Assembly: GCA_049317705.1 (NCBI GenBank)
Contig: JBMOHT010000003.1
Span: 165-64,164 of the forward strand
Length of the DNA stretch: 64,000 bases
Source of the DNA: Bacteroidota bacterium
Lineage (GTDB): Bacteria; Bacteroidota; Ignavibacteria; UBA10030; UBA8401
Reading direction: 5' to 3'
Below the pieces are notes generated by a model. The model searched no databases. It saw only the letters and a list, made by a program, of their open reading frames with translations, and was not told where the DNA came from. The position numbers and the translations under genes are program-made. Positions within the stretch are counted from its first letter, which is position 1. The number at the start of each line of letters is the position of its first letter. Below are positions 1 to 10,685 of the stretch, piece after piece.

Positions 1-1
1 T

Positions 2-1447
2 GTGGATGGTCATGCAAAGGACTGGAAAGAGAATGTTCTTCAGCAGACACGCAGCTGGCTGAAAGAAGGACTTCAGGACCGCGCCATTACCCGCGATCTG
101 AGCTGGGGAATCCCGGTGCCGATCGACGGAGCCGATGGAAAAGTGATCTACGTCTGGTTCGATGCCGTGCTCGGTTATATCTCAGCAACAAAAGAATGGG
201 CGCAGCAGCAGGGGACTCCCGACAGATGGAAGGAATACTGGTGCGATGAATCGACACGGTATATCGCATTTCTGGGGAAAGATAATATCGTGTTCCATTC
301 CATCGTGTTCCCGTCGGAACTGATGGCGAAGACAGGATATATCCTTCCGGATAATGTGCCGGCGAATGAGTTCCTGAATCTTGAAGGTGGAAAATTCTCC
401 AAGAGCCGCAACAATGCCATATACGTGAAGGATATCCTCGAAAAATATCCTGCGGACATCCTTCGCTATACGATTGCAACGATCCTTCCCGAGACGAAAG
501 ATTCGGATTTTTACTGGAAGGATTTTCAGGCAAAGAATAACAACGAACTTGCAGACATCTACGGTAATTTCATCAATCGTACGATCACGTTCGTTGCGAA
601 GAATTTTGACAATTCCGTTCCCGTTCGCGGATCTCTGAATGAACGTGATACAGAAGTCCTGGCATATGTACAGTCAGCTCCTCAACGGATCGGCGATCTG
701 ATCGAACAGTTCAAGTTCCGCGATGCGACCATGGAGATGATGAACGTTGCACGTGCAGCGAACAAGTATTTCAATGACAGTGAACCATGGAAATCATTCA
801 AAACGGATAAGGAACGATGCGGTACGACGCTCAACATCTGTCTCAATATCGTCCGCTCATTGGCGGTGATGTTCTCGCCTGTTGTTCCGTTCTCATCGGA
901 CAAAGTGTGGATGATGCTGAATCAATCCGGTTCTGTCGCGGCTGAAGAATGGATGAAAGCAGGTGAACCGCAGCTGCAGGACGGACATGCACTCGGCCGT
1001 TCTGAAATTTTATTTACCAAGATCGAGGATACTACCATCGAACAGGAATTAGGGAAATTAGTCACTGCCGCTGAAGCTAAAGCGGAGGAAAAAGCAGCAA
1101 GCACATTTGCTCCGCTTAAAGCACCGGTCACGTATGATGATTTTGCGAAGATCGATTTTCGCACGGCAAAAGTGCTCGAAGCGGAAGCGGTACCGAAATC
1201 GAAGAAATTACTCCGGCTGCAGATCGACCTCGGTTTTGAAAAACGGCAGATCGTTGCAGGAATTGCGGAGAAGGTCACTCCGGAACAGCTTATCGGTAAG
1301 ACCATCATCGTTGTAGCCAATCTCGCACCTGCAAAATTGATGGGTGTGGAATCGAACGGCATGCTGCTCGCTACGGCTGCGGACGGTGAGAACTTTGCTT
1401 TATTAACTTCATCCAAAGACGTCGAAACAGGGATAGGGATAAAATGA
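2..1447 (+). CDS. metG: Methionyl-tRNA synthetase, C-terminal portion (5'-truncated by window edge)
   Basis: KFSKS (KMSKS-class) motif, anticodon-binding region and C-terminal EMAP/tRNA-binding-like domain; reading frame open to window start. Confidence 0.9.
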   Translation: MDGHAKDWKENVLQQTRSWLKEGLQDRAITRDLSWGIPVPIDGADGKVIYVWFDAVLGYISATKEWAQQQGTPDRWKEYWCDESTRYIAFLGKDNIVFHSIVFPSELMAKTGYILPDNVPANEFLNLEGGKFSKSRNNAIYVKDILEKYPADILRYTIATILPETKDSDFYWKDFQAKNNNELADIYGNFINRTITFVAKNFDNSVPVRGSLNERDTEVLAYVQSAPQRIGDLIEQFKFRDATMEMMNVARAANKYFNDSEPWKSFKTDKERCGTTLNICLNIVRSLAVMFSPVVPFSSDKVWMMLNQSGSVAAEEWMKAGEPQLQDGHALGRSEILFTKIEDTTIEQELGKLVTAAEAKAEEKAASTFAPLKAPVTYDDFAKIDFRTAKVLEAEAVPKSKKLLRLQIDLGFEKRQIVAGIAEKVTPEQLIGKTIIVVANLAPAKLMGVESNGMLLATAADGENFALLTSSKDVETGIGIK

Positions 1448-2412
1448 TAGTCGTTACCGGTGGTGCAGGATTTATCGGCAGCGCAATGCTTGCCAAACTC
1501 AACGAGAAAGGTGTATCGGACATCCTGGTTGTGGATGAACTCGCATCCACAATGAAATGGAAGAATCTGGCCGGTAAACAATTCTCTGATTATGTCCACA
1601 AGGACCACTTCATTGAGATGCTCCTGAATGAACGGCTTCCGAAGATCGATGCGATCATCCATATGGGCGCGAATTCGTCCACGACCGAGCGCGATGTCGA
1701 TCATCTGATGGAGAACAATTATCGCTACACACGCATCCTTGCCGAGTGGTCCGTACGGAAAAAAGCACGATTCATATACGCCAGCAGCGGTGCCACATAT
1801 GGCGACGGGGCTTTAGGATTCTCGGACGATGATGCGGTCAGTCCGACCCTCTTACCGTTGAACGCATACGGATATTCCAAACAGATCCTCGATCAATGGG
1901 TCCTGAAGAACGAACTGCAGAACAAAGTTGTCGGTATTAAATTCTTCAATGTCTTCGGTCCGAACGAATACCATAAAGGGGACATGAAGAGTCTTATCTG
2001 TAAAGCCTATCATCAGATCCAGGAGATCGGAAAGATCCGTCTGTTCAAGTCCTACAAGCCCGAATATAAACACGGCGAACAGGTCCGCGATTTCGTTTAC
2101 GTGAAGGATTGCACGGAAGTGCTGTGGTGGTTCCTCAATTCTCCGAAAGTGAACGGTATCTATAACCTCGGGACCGGTAAAGCGCGTTCCTGGAATGATC
2201 TGGCCAAAGCGGTCTTTAGTGCACTCGAGCTTGCACCGAATATAGAGTACTCCGAGATGCCCGAAGAGATCCGCAATGCGTATCAGTATCACACGGAAGC
2301 GACGATCACCAAACTGAAGAATTCCGGCTGTCCTGTGCAGTTCCGTTCACTTGAAGATTCGGTGAAGGATTATATCTGTAATTATCTCCATCCGGAGACG
2401 CGATATCTGTAA
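1444..2412 (+). CDS. hldD: ADP-L-glycero-D-manno-heptose 6-epimerase (NAD-dependent epimerase/dehydratase family)
   Basis: N-terminal MIVVTGGAGFIGS Rossmann motif; length 322 aa and overall similarity to RfaD/HldD; ATGA overlap with metG stop. Confidence 0.75.
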   Translation: MIVVTGGAGFIGSAMLAKLNEKGVSDILVVDELASTMKWKNLAGKQFSDYVHKDHFIEMLLNERLPKIDAIIHMGANSSTTERDVDHLMENNYRYTRILAEWSVRKKARFIYASSGATYGDGALGFSDDDAVSPTLLPLNAYGYSKQILDQWVLKNELQNKVVGIKFFNVFGPNEYHKGDMKSLICKAYHQIQEIGKIRLFKSYKPEYKHGEQVRDFVYVKDCTEVLWWFLNSPKVNGIYNLGTGKARSWNDLAKAVFSALELAPNIEYSEMPEEIRNAYQYHTEATITKLKNSGCPVQFRSLEDSVKDYICNYLHPETRYL

Positions 2413-2877
2413 TTGTGACCGACGAAAAAATTCCGTATTTTATCGAACATTTGAACCCCAATTGAATATCAATACCATCATACTGCGTTTTTTGGAGACG
2501 ATCTATATCTCGTCCTTCATCCTTTCAGACAGCTCCGTTGCGGGCTGACACTGTTGTCATCCTACTCACTTCGTTTTTGTTCCTGTTCTGCCGGTATATT
2601 CTATATAATGCTGTCCACGAAAGCCATTGCCATGAGTTGGGTCATTGCTCATCGGATCGATCATCGGTCTGGAAATTGTTTCGATGTAATGAAAGAACAT
2701 ATGAATACCTTCACTCGCAAAGACGCAACGTTACCAAGGGTTCAATGCGTAATTCTTTTTGCGTCTTAGCGACCTGTGCAGTGGGGCTTTACGAGCGTCA
2801 AAATCGGCAATGAATCATTAGTCACCGAACGTATTACTACTTAACAGATCACTCATTATTTAACTCAGGAGAAACAC

Positions 2878-3906
2878 ATGAAGAAAAACGCACTCTTAAA
2901 AGATGTCGTGAAGCAGGTGGATGCGACGAAGTTCAATTCGACGCCGATCATCAATGCGATGCGCGACATGTCATTCAGCTCACGCGACACAGCCCGCGCG
3001 ACCGACATCTTCAAGAAGATGATCGAACATAAAGGATGCACCAATGCTCTCGTCCTCGCAGGAAGCACCAGCGCCGGCGGCTGCATGAACATCTATTCCG
3101 ATATGATCAAATACAATATGGTGGACATGGTCGTAGCGACCGGTGCATCCATCGTTGATATGGATTTCTTTGAAGCGCTCGGATTCAAACATTACAAAGG
3201 AACGCCGTTCATCGACGACAATATGCTCCGCAACAACTATGTCGACCGTATCTATGATACCTACATCGATGAACAGTCGCTGCAGGTGTGCGACGGAACG
3301 ATCTTCGAGATCGCTGAATCGCTCGAACCGCGTCCGTACTCCTCGCGCGAATTCATCTATGAAATGGGAAAATGGTGCGTGAAGAATGCGAAGAAGAAGA
3401 ACTCGCTCGTTCAGTTAGCATATGAGAACAATGTTCCGATCTTCTGCCCGGCATTCTCTGATTCCTCCGCTGGCTTCGGTCTGGTGAAACATCAGCATGA
3501 ACGGATGAAAGCAGGGAAGCCGTACATGTCCATCGATTCCGTTAAGGATTTCTATGAACTCACCCAGATCAAGATGCAGGCAAAGACATCCGGTCTCTTC
3601 ATGATCGGCGGCGGTGTTCCGAAGAATTTCATCCAGGATACCGTTGTCTGCGCTGAAGTGCTCGGAATGGATGTGCCGATGCACGAATACGCCATCCAGA
3701 TCACGGTCGCCGATGTCCGCGACGGTGCCTGTTCCTCATCCACACTGAAAGAAGCCTCCTCATGGGGTAAGGTCCAGACGACCCATGAACAGATGGTATA
3801 TGCTGAGGCGACCACGGTTGTCCCGCTCATTTTCAGTTATTTATATCATAATGCTGCGTGGAAAAAGCGCAAAAAATATGAATGGACAAAGATCTTTAAG
3901 AAATGA
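2878..3906 (+). CDS. Deoxyhypusine synthase-like protein (bacterial DHS homolog; possible homospermidine synthase-type enzyme)
   Basis: 342 aa, DHS-family-like blocks (GGGVPKNF, ATGASIVDMD), good AGGAG RBS 8 nt upstream. Confidence 0.65.
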   Translation: MKKNALLKDVVKQVDATKFNSTPIINAMRDMSFSSRDTARATDIFKKMIEHKGCTNALVLAGSTSAGGCMNIYSDMIKYNMVDMVVATGASIVDMDFFEALGFKHYKGTPFIDDNMLRNNYVDRIYDTYIDEQSLQVCDGTIFEIAESLEPRPYSSREFIYEMGKWCVKNAKKKNSLVQLAYENNVPIFCPAFSDSSAGFGLVKHQHERMKAGKPYMSIDSVKDFYELTQIKMQAKTSGLFMIGGGVPKNFIQDTVVCAEVLGMDVPMHEYAIQITVADVRDGACSSSTLKEASSWGKVQTTHEQMVYAEATTVVPLIFSYLYHNAAWKKRKKYEWTKIFKK

Positions 3907-3915
3907 CAAAATCAA

Positions 3916-3946
3916 GACCCTCCTGAATTTTAGGAGGGTTTTTTGT
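3916..3946 (+). terminator. Rho-independent terminator after DHS-like gene
   Basis: GACCCTCCT..AGGAGGGTTTTTTG hairpin + T-run. Confidence 0.6.
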
Positions 3947-4032
3947 TCTATCCAAGATTGCTTTTCTATAAAGTGGTGCATATATTCAGCCAGTTTTTAT
4001 CACCTCTTGATCAACGATAAGGGTCTGTTCCT

Positions 4033-5430
4033 ATGGAAAAAGTCCTCAGTTTTATCGAATCGAACAAAGAACGTTACCTCTCCGAACTCAAAGATTTCCT
4101 CGCAATTCCCAGTGTCAGCTCCCAGTCAAATCATAACGGCGATATCCAGCTCTGCGCTCAATGGATCGCGGACCACATGAAGACCATCGGCATGCAGAAT
4201 ATCAAGATCATGCCGACGGAAGGACATCCGGTGGTCTACAGCGAATGGCTCGGCGCCAAAGGAGCACCGACCGTATTGTTCTATGGTCACTATGATGTGC
4301 AGCCGGTCGATCCGCTGAATCTGTGGACCTCGCCTCCGTTCGAGATGACGATCCGAAATGAGAATATCTATGCACGCGGTTCTGCCGATGATAAGGGACA
4401 GGTCTTCATCCACTTCAAAGGGATCGAAGCGATCATGAAACAGCACGGCACTCTTCCGGTGAATATCAAGATGCTGATCGAAGGGGAAGAGGAGATCGGA
4501 AGTAAGAATCTTGATGAATTCGTCAAAAAGAATAAAGAGCTGCTGAAAGCGGATCTTGTCCTCATTTCCGATACATCAATGTTTGCTCAAGGAGTACCAT
4601 CGATCACATACGGTCTCCGCGGACTTACATATATGGAGATCGAACTGACCGGTCCGAACAAGGACCTTCACTCCGGTTCATTCGGCGGATCGGTACACAA
4701 TCCTGCGCAAGCGCTTGCCGAGATCATCGCATCACTTCACGATAAGAACAACAAAGTGAATATCCCCGGTTTCTACAAGGATGTCCGGCCGCTCACGGGT
4801 GTAGAAAGAGCTGCGTATAAGAAACTGCCGCACAGCGACAAAGCATATGCAAAGGAACTCGGTGTGAAAGTCTTGTGGGGGGAAAAAGGATTCACGACAC
4901 TTGAACGGATATGGGCGCGGCCGACATTGGAAGTGAATGGGATGTGGGGCGGATATACCGGTGAAGGTGCAAAGACGGTTCTTCCCTCCAAAGCTTCGGC
5001 GAAGATCTCCTGCAGATTGGTTCCCGACCAGAAGTCAGGCAAGATCACCAAATTGGTCGTCGATCATATCAAGAAGATCGCACCGAAATCAATGGATGTG
5101 AAAGTGAAACTGCATCACGGCGGCGAAGCGGCAATCACTCCGATCGATTCTCCCGGCGTAAAAGCAGCGATGTCCGCGCTGGAAAAAGGATTCGGGAAGA
5201 AACCTCTCTATCAACGTGAAGGGGGCTCGATCCCGATCGTTGTGCAGTTCAAGAACCTTCTGGGATTGGATACAGTTCTGCTTGGATTCGGGAAACCGGA
5301 TGAGAATGCACACTCTCCCGATGAACATTTGAATGTCGATCATTTCTTCAACGGAATTAAAACATCGGTCCACTTTTTCAATGAGCTTCCGGAATTCTGG
5401 AATTCACGCTCTAAAAAGAAGAAAAAATAG
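4033..5430 (+). CDS. M20-family metallopeptidase (dipeptidase/ArgE-DapE-CPG2 clan)
   Basis: HYDVQP...GSADDKGQ metal-binding motifs, EGEEEIGS, 465 aa with dimerisation domain. Confidence 0.8.
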   Translation: MEKVLSFIESNKERYLSELKDFLAIPSVSSQSNHNGDIQLCAQWIADHMKTIGMQNIKIMPTEGHPVVYSEWLGAKGAPTVLFYGHYDVQPVDPLNLWTSPPFEMTIRNENIYARGSADDKGQVFIHFKGIEAIMKQHGTLPVNIKMLIEGEEEIGSKNLDEFVKKNKELLKADLVLISDTSMFAQGVPSITYGLRGLTYMEIELTGPNKDLHSGSFGGSVHNPAQALAEIIASLHDKNNKVNIPGFYKDVRPLTGVERAAYKKLPHSDKAYAKELGVKVLWGEKGFTTLERIWARPTLEVNGMWGGYTGEGAKTVLPSKASAKISCRLVPDQKSGKITKLVVDHIKKIAPKSMDVKVKLHHGGEAAITPIDSPGVKAAMSALEKGFGKKPLYQREGGSIPIVVQFKNLLGLDTVLLGFGKPDENAHSPDEHLNVDHFFNGIKTSVHFFNELPEFWNSRSKKKKK

Positions 5431-5529
5431 GATCCGGTTTCCATTGTTAATACTCTCGTAACAGTAAAAATGTATATTTGTAACAGCTTCTAAACCACTA
5501 ATCCCCCACAATAATCCATAAGGTATATT

Positions 5530-8500
5530 ATGAGATATGCGATACGCCTTCTGCTGGTGATGTGTGTTCTGTCATCGGCAATGTTCGCACAAGGAGTCAC
5601 GAACGGTGCTATCACCGGTCAGGTCTCCGATAAAGACGGTAACGGTCTGCCGGGTGTCAATGTTATGGCAGTGCACGTACCGAGCGGTACAAAATATGGT
5701 GTTACCACACGCGAAGACGGTCATTATAATCTTCCGAACCTTCGTGTCGGCGGTCCCTACACCGTTTCAGCTTCCATCCTGGGATATTCGAAACAGGAAC
5801 GGCCCAATGTATTTGTTCAGTTGGCACAGACAACTCAGCAGGATTTCCGTTTGGCATCGGAAGATGTTCAGATGGGCGCTGTGGAAGTTACAGCTGAGCG
5901 CAGCACAGTATTGAATGCTGGCCGCACGGGCGCAGCAACATCGGTGAGCGCGGTTGCTATCCAATCGCTTCCGACCATCACCCGTAAGGTGCAGGACTTC
6001 TCCCGCTTGACACCTCAGTTCAGTGGAAATAATTCCTTCGGCGGTATGGATAACCGTTACAACAATACGACCGTTGACGGTTCATATTTCAATAACTCCT
6101 TCGGATTACAGGGACAGCCCGGCGATCGTACCGGTGTAGCTCCGGTTTCCGTTGATGCAGTGGAACAGATCCAGGTAAACATCGCTCCCTATGACGTCCG
6201 TCAGGGTAACTTTATTGGTGCCGGTGTCAATACCATCACCAAGAGCGGAACGAACGATATCTCCGGAACAGCATACTATTATATGCGTCATCAGGGACTC
6301 GTCGGTCAGCAGGCCGGTGCAGTGGAATATAAACCGGGACGTTTCCAATATTATCAGCTCGGTGCGAATATCGGCGGACCGATCATCGAGAACAAATTGT
6401 TCCTCTTTGGCAGCTTTGAAACCGAGAATCTCACACAGCCCGGAACAACATTCCGCGCTAACAAAGGCGGCGAAACGGTCGGCGGGAATACGACCCGCGT
6501 TCTTCAGTCCGATCTTGATGCTCTCAGCTCCTTCCTGAAAACGAATTTCGGTTATGAGACCGGACCGTATCAGGGATATGATAACGAAACTCCTGCAATG
6601 CGTCTGCTTGCCAAAATGGACTATAACATGGATGACAACAACAAGATCATCCTTCGCTATATCCATCTTGATTCAAAGACGGACGTTCTCGAATCGAACT
6701 CATCGTCACTCGGTCTTGGTACCGGCGGCCGTCAGAATGTGACCACCGCACTCGGCTTCCAGAACTCGAACTACCAGATCGGCGAGAACATCCGCAATAT
6801 CATCGGTGAATGGAACTCGACATTCGGCGACAATATGGCAAATAACCTCATCGTCGGTTATTCGCATCATGATGAGAGCCGTGAGTCACGCGGTTCGTTC
6901 TTCCCGTTCGTCGACATCCTTGGTTCCGGTGCAACGAACTATACATCGTTCGGTTATGAACCGTTCACACCGAACAACGAACTTCGCTATTCATCCATTC
7001 AATTGCAGGATAACTTCACCTACTATATGGGCGATCATTATCTGACATTGGGTGCAAGCATCGAAAAATATCAGTCAGAGAATATCTTCTTCCCTGGTGC
7101 ACAGAGCGCATATGTCTACAACAAGCTGTCAGATTTCTATGCAGACGCTAACGGTTATTTGGCAAATCCTTCACGCGTTGCAGCCGACAGCACACTCCGT
7201 CGCTTCCAGGTCCGTTGGGCAAATATTCCCGGCTTGAAGAAACCGGTACAGGATCTGAAAGTTCTCTATACTGGATTCTATGCACAGGATGAATGGCAGG
7301 CAATGAAGGACCTGCGCCTCTCATTCGGTTTACGCGTCGATATTCCTTTCTTCGAGAACACCGGATATCGCAATGCTGAAGTTGATACTATGAACTTCCG
7401 TGATGAGAACGGTGCTGTGGCAAAGTATGCAACCGACAAGATGCCCGATGCAAACATTCTCTGGTCACCCCGCTTCGGTTTCAACTATGATGTGACCGGC
7501 GACCGTACTACACAGATCCGCGGCGGATCCGGTATCTTCACCGGTAAACCGGCATATGTCTGGATCTCGAATCAGATCGGCAACAACGGTGTGCTCACCG
7601 GTTTCGAACAGATCGACAACACAAAAACCCGTCCGTTCAATCCCAATCCGGACCGCTACAAGCCGACAACCGTTACCGGAGCACCGGCTGCAAGCTACGA
7701 ATTGGCATTGACCAATCCGGATTTCAAGTTCCCCCAGTTATGGAGAAGCAACATCGCAATTGACCAGAAACTTCCGTTCGATCTCGTTGGAACGACGGAA
7801 TTTCTTTACAGCACCGATGTGAACGGTGTCTATTATATCAATGCAAACCTGCCCAAAGCCGATACAATGTATATCGGAGTGGACAGCCGTCCGCGTTGGA
7901 AGACAACGAACAAGATCTATAACAAAGTGACTAACGCGATCGTCATGAAGAACGAAGATGTTGGATATTCATGGAACCTCGCATTCTCTCTGGAAAAACC
8001 GTTCGCTGACGGCTGGTTTGCAAAAGCCGCCTATAGCTATGGCGTCTCCAAAAATACTGTTGATCCGGGTTCCATCGCTTCCGGTTCATGGTATGGAAAT
8101 GCAATGAGCCAGGATCCGAATAATCCCGGTGTCGGATTTGCAGGAACATCTCCCGGCCATCGCGTGTTCGGAACAGCATCATACCGCCTTGAATATTTCG
8201 ATATGGGCGCAACGACCATGTCAGTATTCTGGGAAGGCCGCACGATCGGAACATCGAGCTACACGTTCAGCGGTGATCTGAATAATGACGGCGGCGTGAA
8301 CGATCTTATCTATATCCCGAAAGATCAGTCCGAAATGAATTTTGCGGCGATCACCGGTACTACACCGTTCACCGTGCAGCAGCAGAAAGATGCATGGGAA
8401 GCGTATATCAAACAGGACGACTATCTGAATGCGAATAGAGGTAAGTACGCTGAGCGTAATGCAGTGTTCATGCCGATGGTCTTCAGAGCTGATTTCAGTT

Positions 8501-8778
8501 TGACGCAGGAAGTGTTCACGGAAATGTTCGGCAAACGCAATTCGCTCCAGTTCCGTATGGACATCCTCAACTTCACCAATCTGCTGAGCAGCGATTGGGG
8601 TCTGTCGCAGCGTTTCGTGACAACTCAGCCGTTGATCAACGTGACTCCGGTCGACGGAAGAGTGCTTTATCAATTACGTGCTGTGAACGGCAAATTGATC
8701 GACCACACGTTTGAGAAAACTGCAAATATCGATGACGTATATCGGATCCAGTTCGGCGTCCGCTATACATTCAATTGA
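5530..8778 (+). CDS. TonB-dependent outer-membrane receptor with N-terminal carboxypeptidase-regulatory-like domain
   Basis: Signal peptide, CarbopepD_reg-like ITGQVSDKDGNGLPGVNV, plug + long beta-barrel, C-terminal aromatic-rich terminal strand (RYTFN); 1082 aa. Confidence 0.8.
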   Translation: MRYAIRLLLVMCVLSSAMFAQGVTNGAITGQVSDKDGNGLPGVNVMAVHVPSGTKYGVTTREDGHYNLPNLRVGGPYTVSASILGYSKQERPNVFVQLAQTTQQDFRLASEDVQMGAVEVTAERSTVLNAGRTGAATSVSAVAIQSLPTITRKVQDFSRLTPQFSGNNSFGGMDNRYNNTTVDGSYFNNSFGLQGQPGDRTGVAPVSVDAVEQIQVNIAPYDVRQGNFIGAGVNTITKSGTNDISGTAYYYMRHQGLVGQQAGAVEYKPGRFQYYQLGANIGGPIIENKLFLFGSFETENLTQPGTTFRANKGGETVGGNTTRVLQSDLDALSSFLKTNFGYETGPYQGYDNETPAMRLLAKMDYNMDDNNKIILRYIHLDSKTDVLESNSSSLGLGTGGRQNVTTALGFQNSNYQIGENIRNIIGEWNSTFGDNMANNLIVGYSHHDESRESRGSFFPFVDILGSGATNYTSFGYEPFTPNNELRYSSIQLQDNFTYYMGDHYLTLGASIEKYQSENIFFPGAQSAYVYNKLSDFYADANGYLANPSRVAADSTLRRFQVRWANIPGLKKPVQDLKVLYTGFYAQDEWQAMKDLRLSFGLRVDIPFFENTGYRNAEVDTMNFRDENGAVAKYATDKMPDANILWSPRFGFNYDVTGDRTTQIRGGSGIFTGKPAYVWISNQIGNNGVLTGFEQIDNTKTRPFNPNPDRYKPTTVTGAPAASYELALTNPDFKFPQLWRSNIAIDQKLPFDLVGTTEFLYSTDVNGVYYINANLPKADTMYIGVDSRPRWKTTNKIYNKVTNAIVMKNEDVGYSWNLAFSLEKPFADGWFAKAAYSYGVSKNTVDPGSIASGSWYGNAMSQDPNNPGVGFAGTSPGHRVFGTASYRLEYFDMGATTMSVFWEGRTIGTSSYTFSGDLNNDGGVNDLIYIPKDQSEMNFAAITGTTPFTVQQQKDAWEAYIKQDDYLNANRGKYAERNAVFMPMVFRADFSLTQEVFTEMFGKRNSLQFRMDILNFTNLLSSDWGLSQRFVTTQPLINVTPVDGRVLYQLRAVNGKLIDHTFEKTANIDDVYRIQFGVRYTFN

Positions 8779-8797
8779 TCATTGTCTTGACAATACA

Positions 8798-8830
8798 GCC
8801 CCGCAGAGGTCTTTGCGGGGCTTTTTTTTT
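8798..8830 (+). terminator. Rho-independent terminator after TonB-dependent receptor gene
   Basis: GCCCCGCA-loop-TGCGGGGC followed by T9. Confidence 0.7.
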
Positions 8831-8839
8831 ATTGCACAT

Positions 8840-10051
8840 ATGAAATTACAATCTTTACTGGTCATTCTATTCCTCTGGGCCGCCATTTCATCCGCTCAAG
8901 AGAAACAGTGTACGATCCTTATCTCGTTTGACGGATTCAGATGGGACTATCTCAACAGGAACCTCACACCGACGATCGATTCACTCGCGAAGCAGGGAGT
9001 CCGCGCTTCGTCGTTGGAACCGGTCTATCCATCCAAAACTTTCCCGAATCATCTTGCCATTGCCACCGGAATGTATGCGGACAATCACGGGATCATTCAG
9101 AATGATTTCCTTGATGATAATGCTCAGAGACGGTTCAAGATCAGCGATACCGTTGAAGTGCGCGATGCACGTTGGTACCGGGGGGAAGCGATCTGGGAGA
9201 CCGCACGAAAGAATAAAAAGATCTCCGCCAGCTATTTCTGGCCGGGGAGTGAATTGAATGAAGAACAGCGTCACCCGAATTATTTTGAACGATATGAGAT
9301 GAAACGTCCATATTCGGACCGTATCAACGGTGTATTGAAATGGATCGGCATGCCCGCAGCGCAGCGTCCCGATATCATCACGTTGTATTTTGATGCGACC
9401 GACACGCAGGGACATTACTTCGGACCGAATTCAACCCAGGTGAACGGTGCTATCTCCCGTCTGGATTCCGTTGTCGCAGCATTGATCGCAGGACTTCGCA
9501 AAATGAAGATGACCGATTCCACCAACATCATTCTTGTTTCCGATCATGGTATGGCTGAAGTTGATTTGTCCCGGACCATCGTACTGGATGACCTTTTGAA
9601 GGGTGAGCAATATCAAACACAATGGTCAGGTCCTACGGTGCTTCTCCGTTCCACCAACGGCCGCGACAAACAGATCATCGAGCTGCTGCGGAAAAAAATG
9701 GACCATGCATCTGTATATACAAAAAGTGAGTTTCCCGACTATTTCCATTTTTCACATAACGATCTGATCTATCCTGTTATCATCGCCGCGGATCTCGGAT
9801 GGCAGGTGAGAGCGAATGCACTCACAAAGAAGGATTCTGTGAACATAGAATACGGTAATCATGGATTCGATAATCATCATATGGACATGCACGGTATTTT
9901 CATCGCTTCGGGACCGGTATTCAAGAAGAATTACTTAACGGGAATGCTGAAAAATATCGATATCTATCCGATGCTCTGCAAAGTGTTGAAGATCGGACCG
10001 AATTCGAATACCGATGGGAAATTGGAACGTATCGGTTTCATTTTACGTTAA
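8840..10051 (+). CDS. Ectonucleotide pyrophosphatase/phosphodiesterase (ENPP / type I phosphodiesterase, alkaline-phosphatase superfamily), secreted
   Basis: Start moved to the internal Met at 8840 (MKLQSLLVILFLWAAISSA signal peptide, and located after the upstream terminator); ISFDGFRWDY, TFPNH, DHGM motifs of ENPP family. Confidence 0.8.
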   Translation: MKLQSLLVILFLWAAISSAQEKQCTILISFDGFRWDYLNRNLTPTIDSLAKQGVRASSLEPVYPSKTFPNHLAIATGMYADNHGIIQNDFLDDNAQRRFKISDTVEVRDARWYRGEAIWETARKNKKISASYFWPGSELNEEQRHPNYFERYEMKRPYSDRINGVLKWIGMPAAQRPDIITLYFDATDTQGHYFGPNSTQVNGAISRLDSVVAALIAGLRKMKMTDSTNIILVSDHGMAEVDLSRTIVLDDLLKGEQYQTQWSGPTVLLRSTNGRDKQIIELLRKKMDHASVYTKSEFPDYFHFSHNDLIYPVIIAADLGWQVRANALTKKDSVNIEYGNHGFDNHHMDMHGIFIASGPVFKKNYLTGMLKNIDIYPMLCKVLKIGPNSNTDGKLERIGFILR

Positions 10052-10124
10052 CAAATAACGGAGTTCCGATATAATTTTCCATTTCACATTACGAAAACGA
10101 CAAACAAAATAGACAGGAAGTGTT

Positions 10125-10685
10125 ATGAAGATCTATACCAAGACGGGCGACAAAGGAGAGACGGCATTGTTCGGCGGAGAGCGTGTTCCAAAGGATGCTC
10201 AGAGGATCGAAGCCTATGGATCGGTGGATGAATTGAACTGTATCCTTGGTGTGATCCGATCACTTGACCCGGATAAATTCATCGCTGCATCGCTGCAGAA
10301 GATCCAGAATCAACTCTTCGAACTCGGTGCGGATCTTGCCACACCCAAAGCGCATCAAAGTCCCCTGATCCCGAGGATAAAATTGTCGCACTCATCGTTC
10401 CTGGAAAAAGCGATCGATACAATGGAGAAAGAACTCCATCCTCTGAAGACATTCATCCTTCCCGGCGGAACGGTGATCGCTTCCCATCTCCATCTTGCAC
10501 GGACCGTCTGCCGTCGTGCCGAACGGAGTGTCGTGCGGCTTTCCAGAAATGAGGATATCGGTGATGCCGTGATCATTTACCTGAACCGCCTTTCTGACCT
10601 GCTGTTTGTAATGGCCAGGTATGCGAATCATCTCTCCGGCCATGAAGAAGTAAAATGGGTGAGCGGGCGAAGAAAGACAAAATAA
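10125..10685 (+). CDS. ATP:cob(I)alamin adenosyltransferase, PduO/MMAB type
   Basis: MKIYTKTGDKGETALFGG N-terminus typical of PduO-type ATR; 186 aa. Confidence 0.85.
   Translation: MKIYTKTGDKGETALFGGERVPKDAQRIEAYGSVDELNCILGVIRSLDPDKFIAASLQKIQNQLFELGADLATPKAHQSPLIPRIKLSHSSFLEKAIDTMEKELHPLKTFILPGGTVIASHLHLARTVCRRAERSVVRLSRNEDIGDAVIIYLNRLSDLLFVMARYANHLSGHEEVKWVSGRRKTK

Noticed and set aside
2538-2813. 91-aa and 71-aa overlapping ORFs in the hldD-DHS gap
   Set aside because: No RBS, Cys/His/Phe-rich atypical composition, two overlapping frames; judged non-coding.
6106-6666. 186-aa antisense ORF within TonB-dependent receptor gene
   Set aside because: Shadow ORF inside a long beta-barrel gene; no support.
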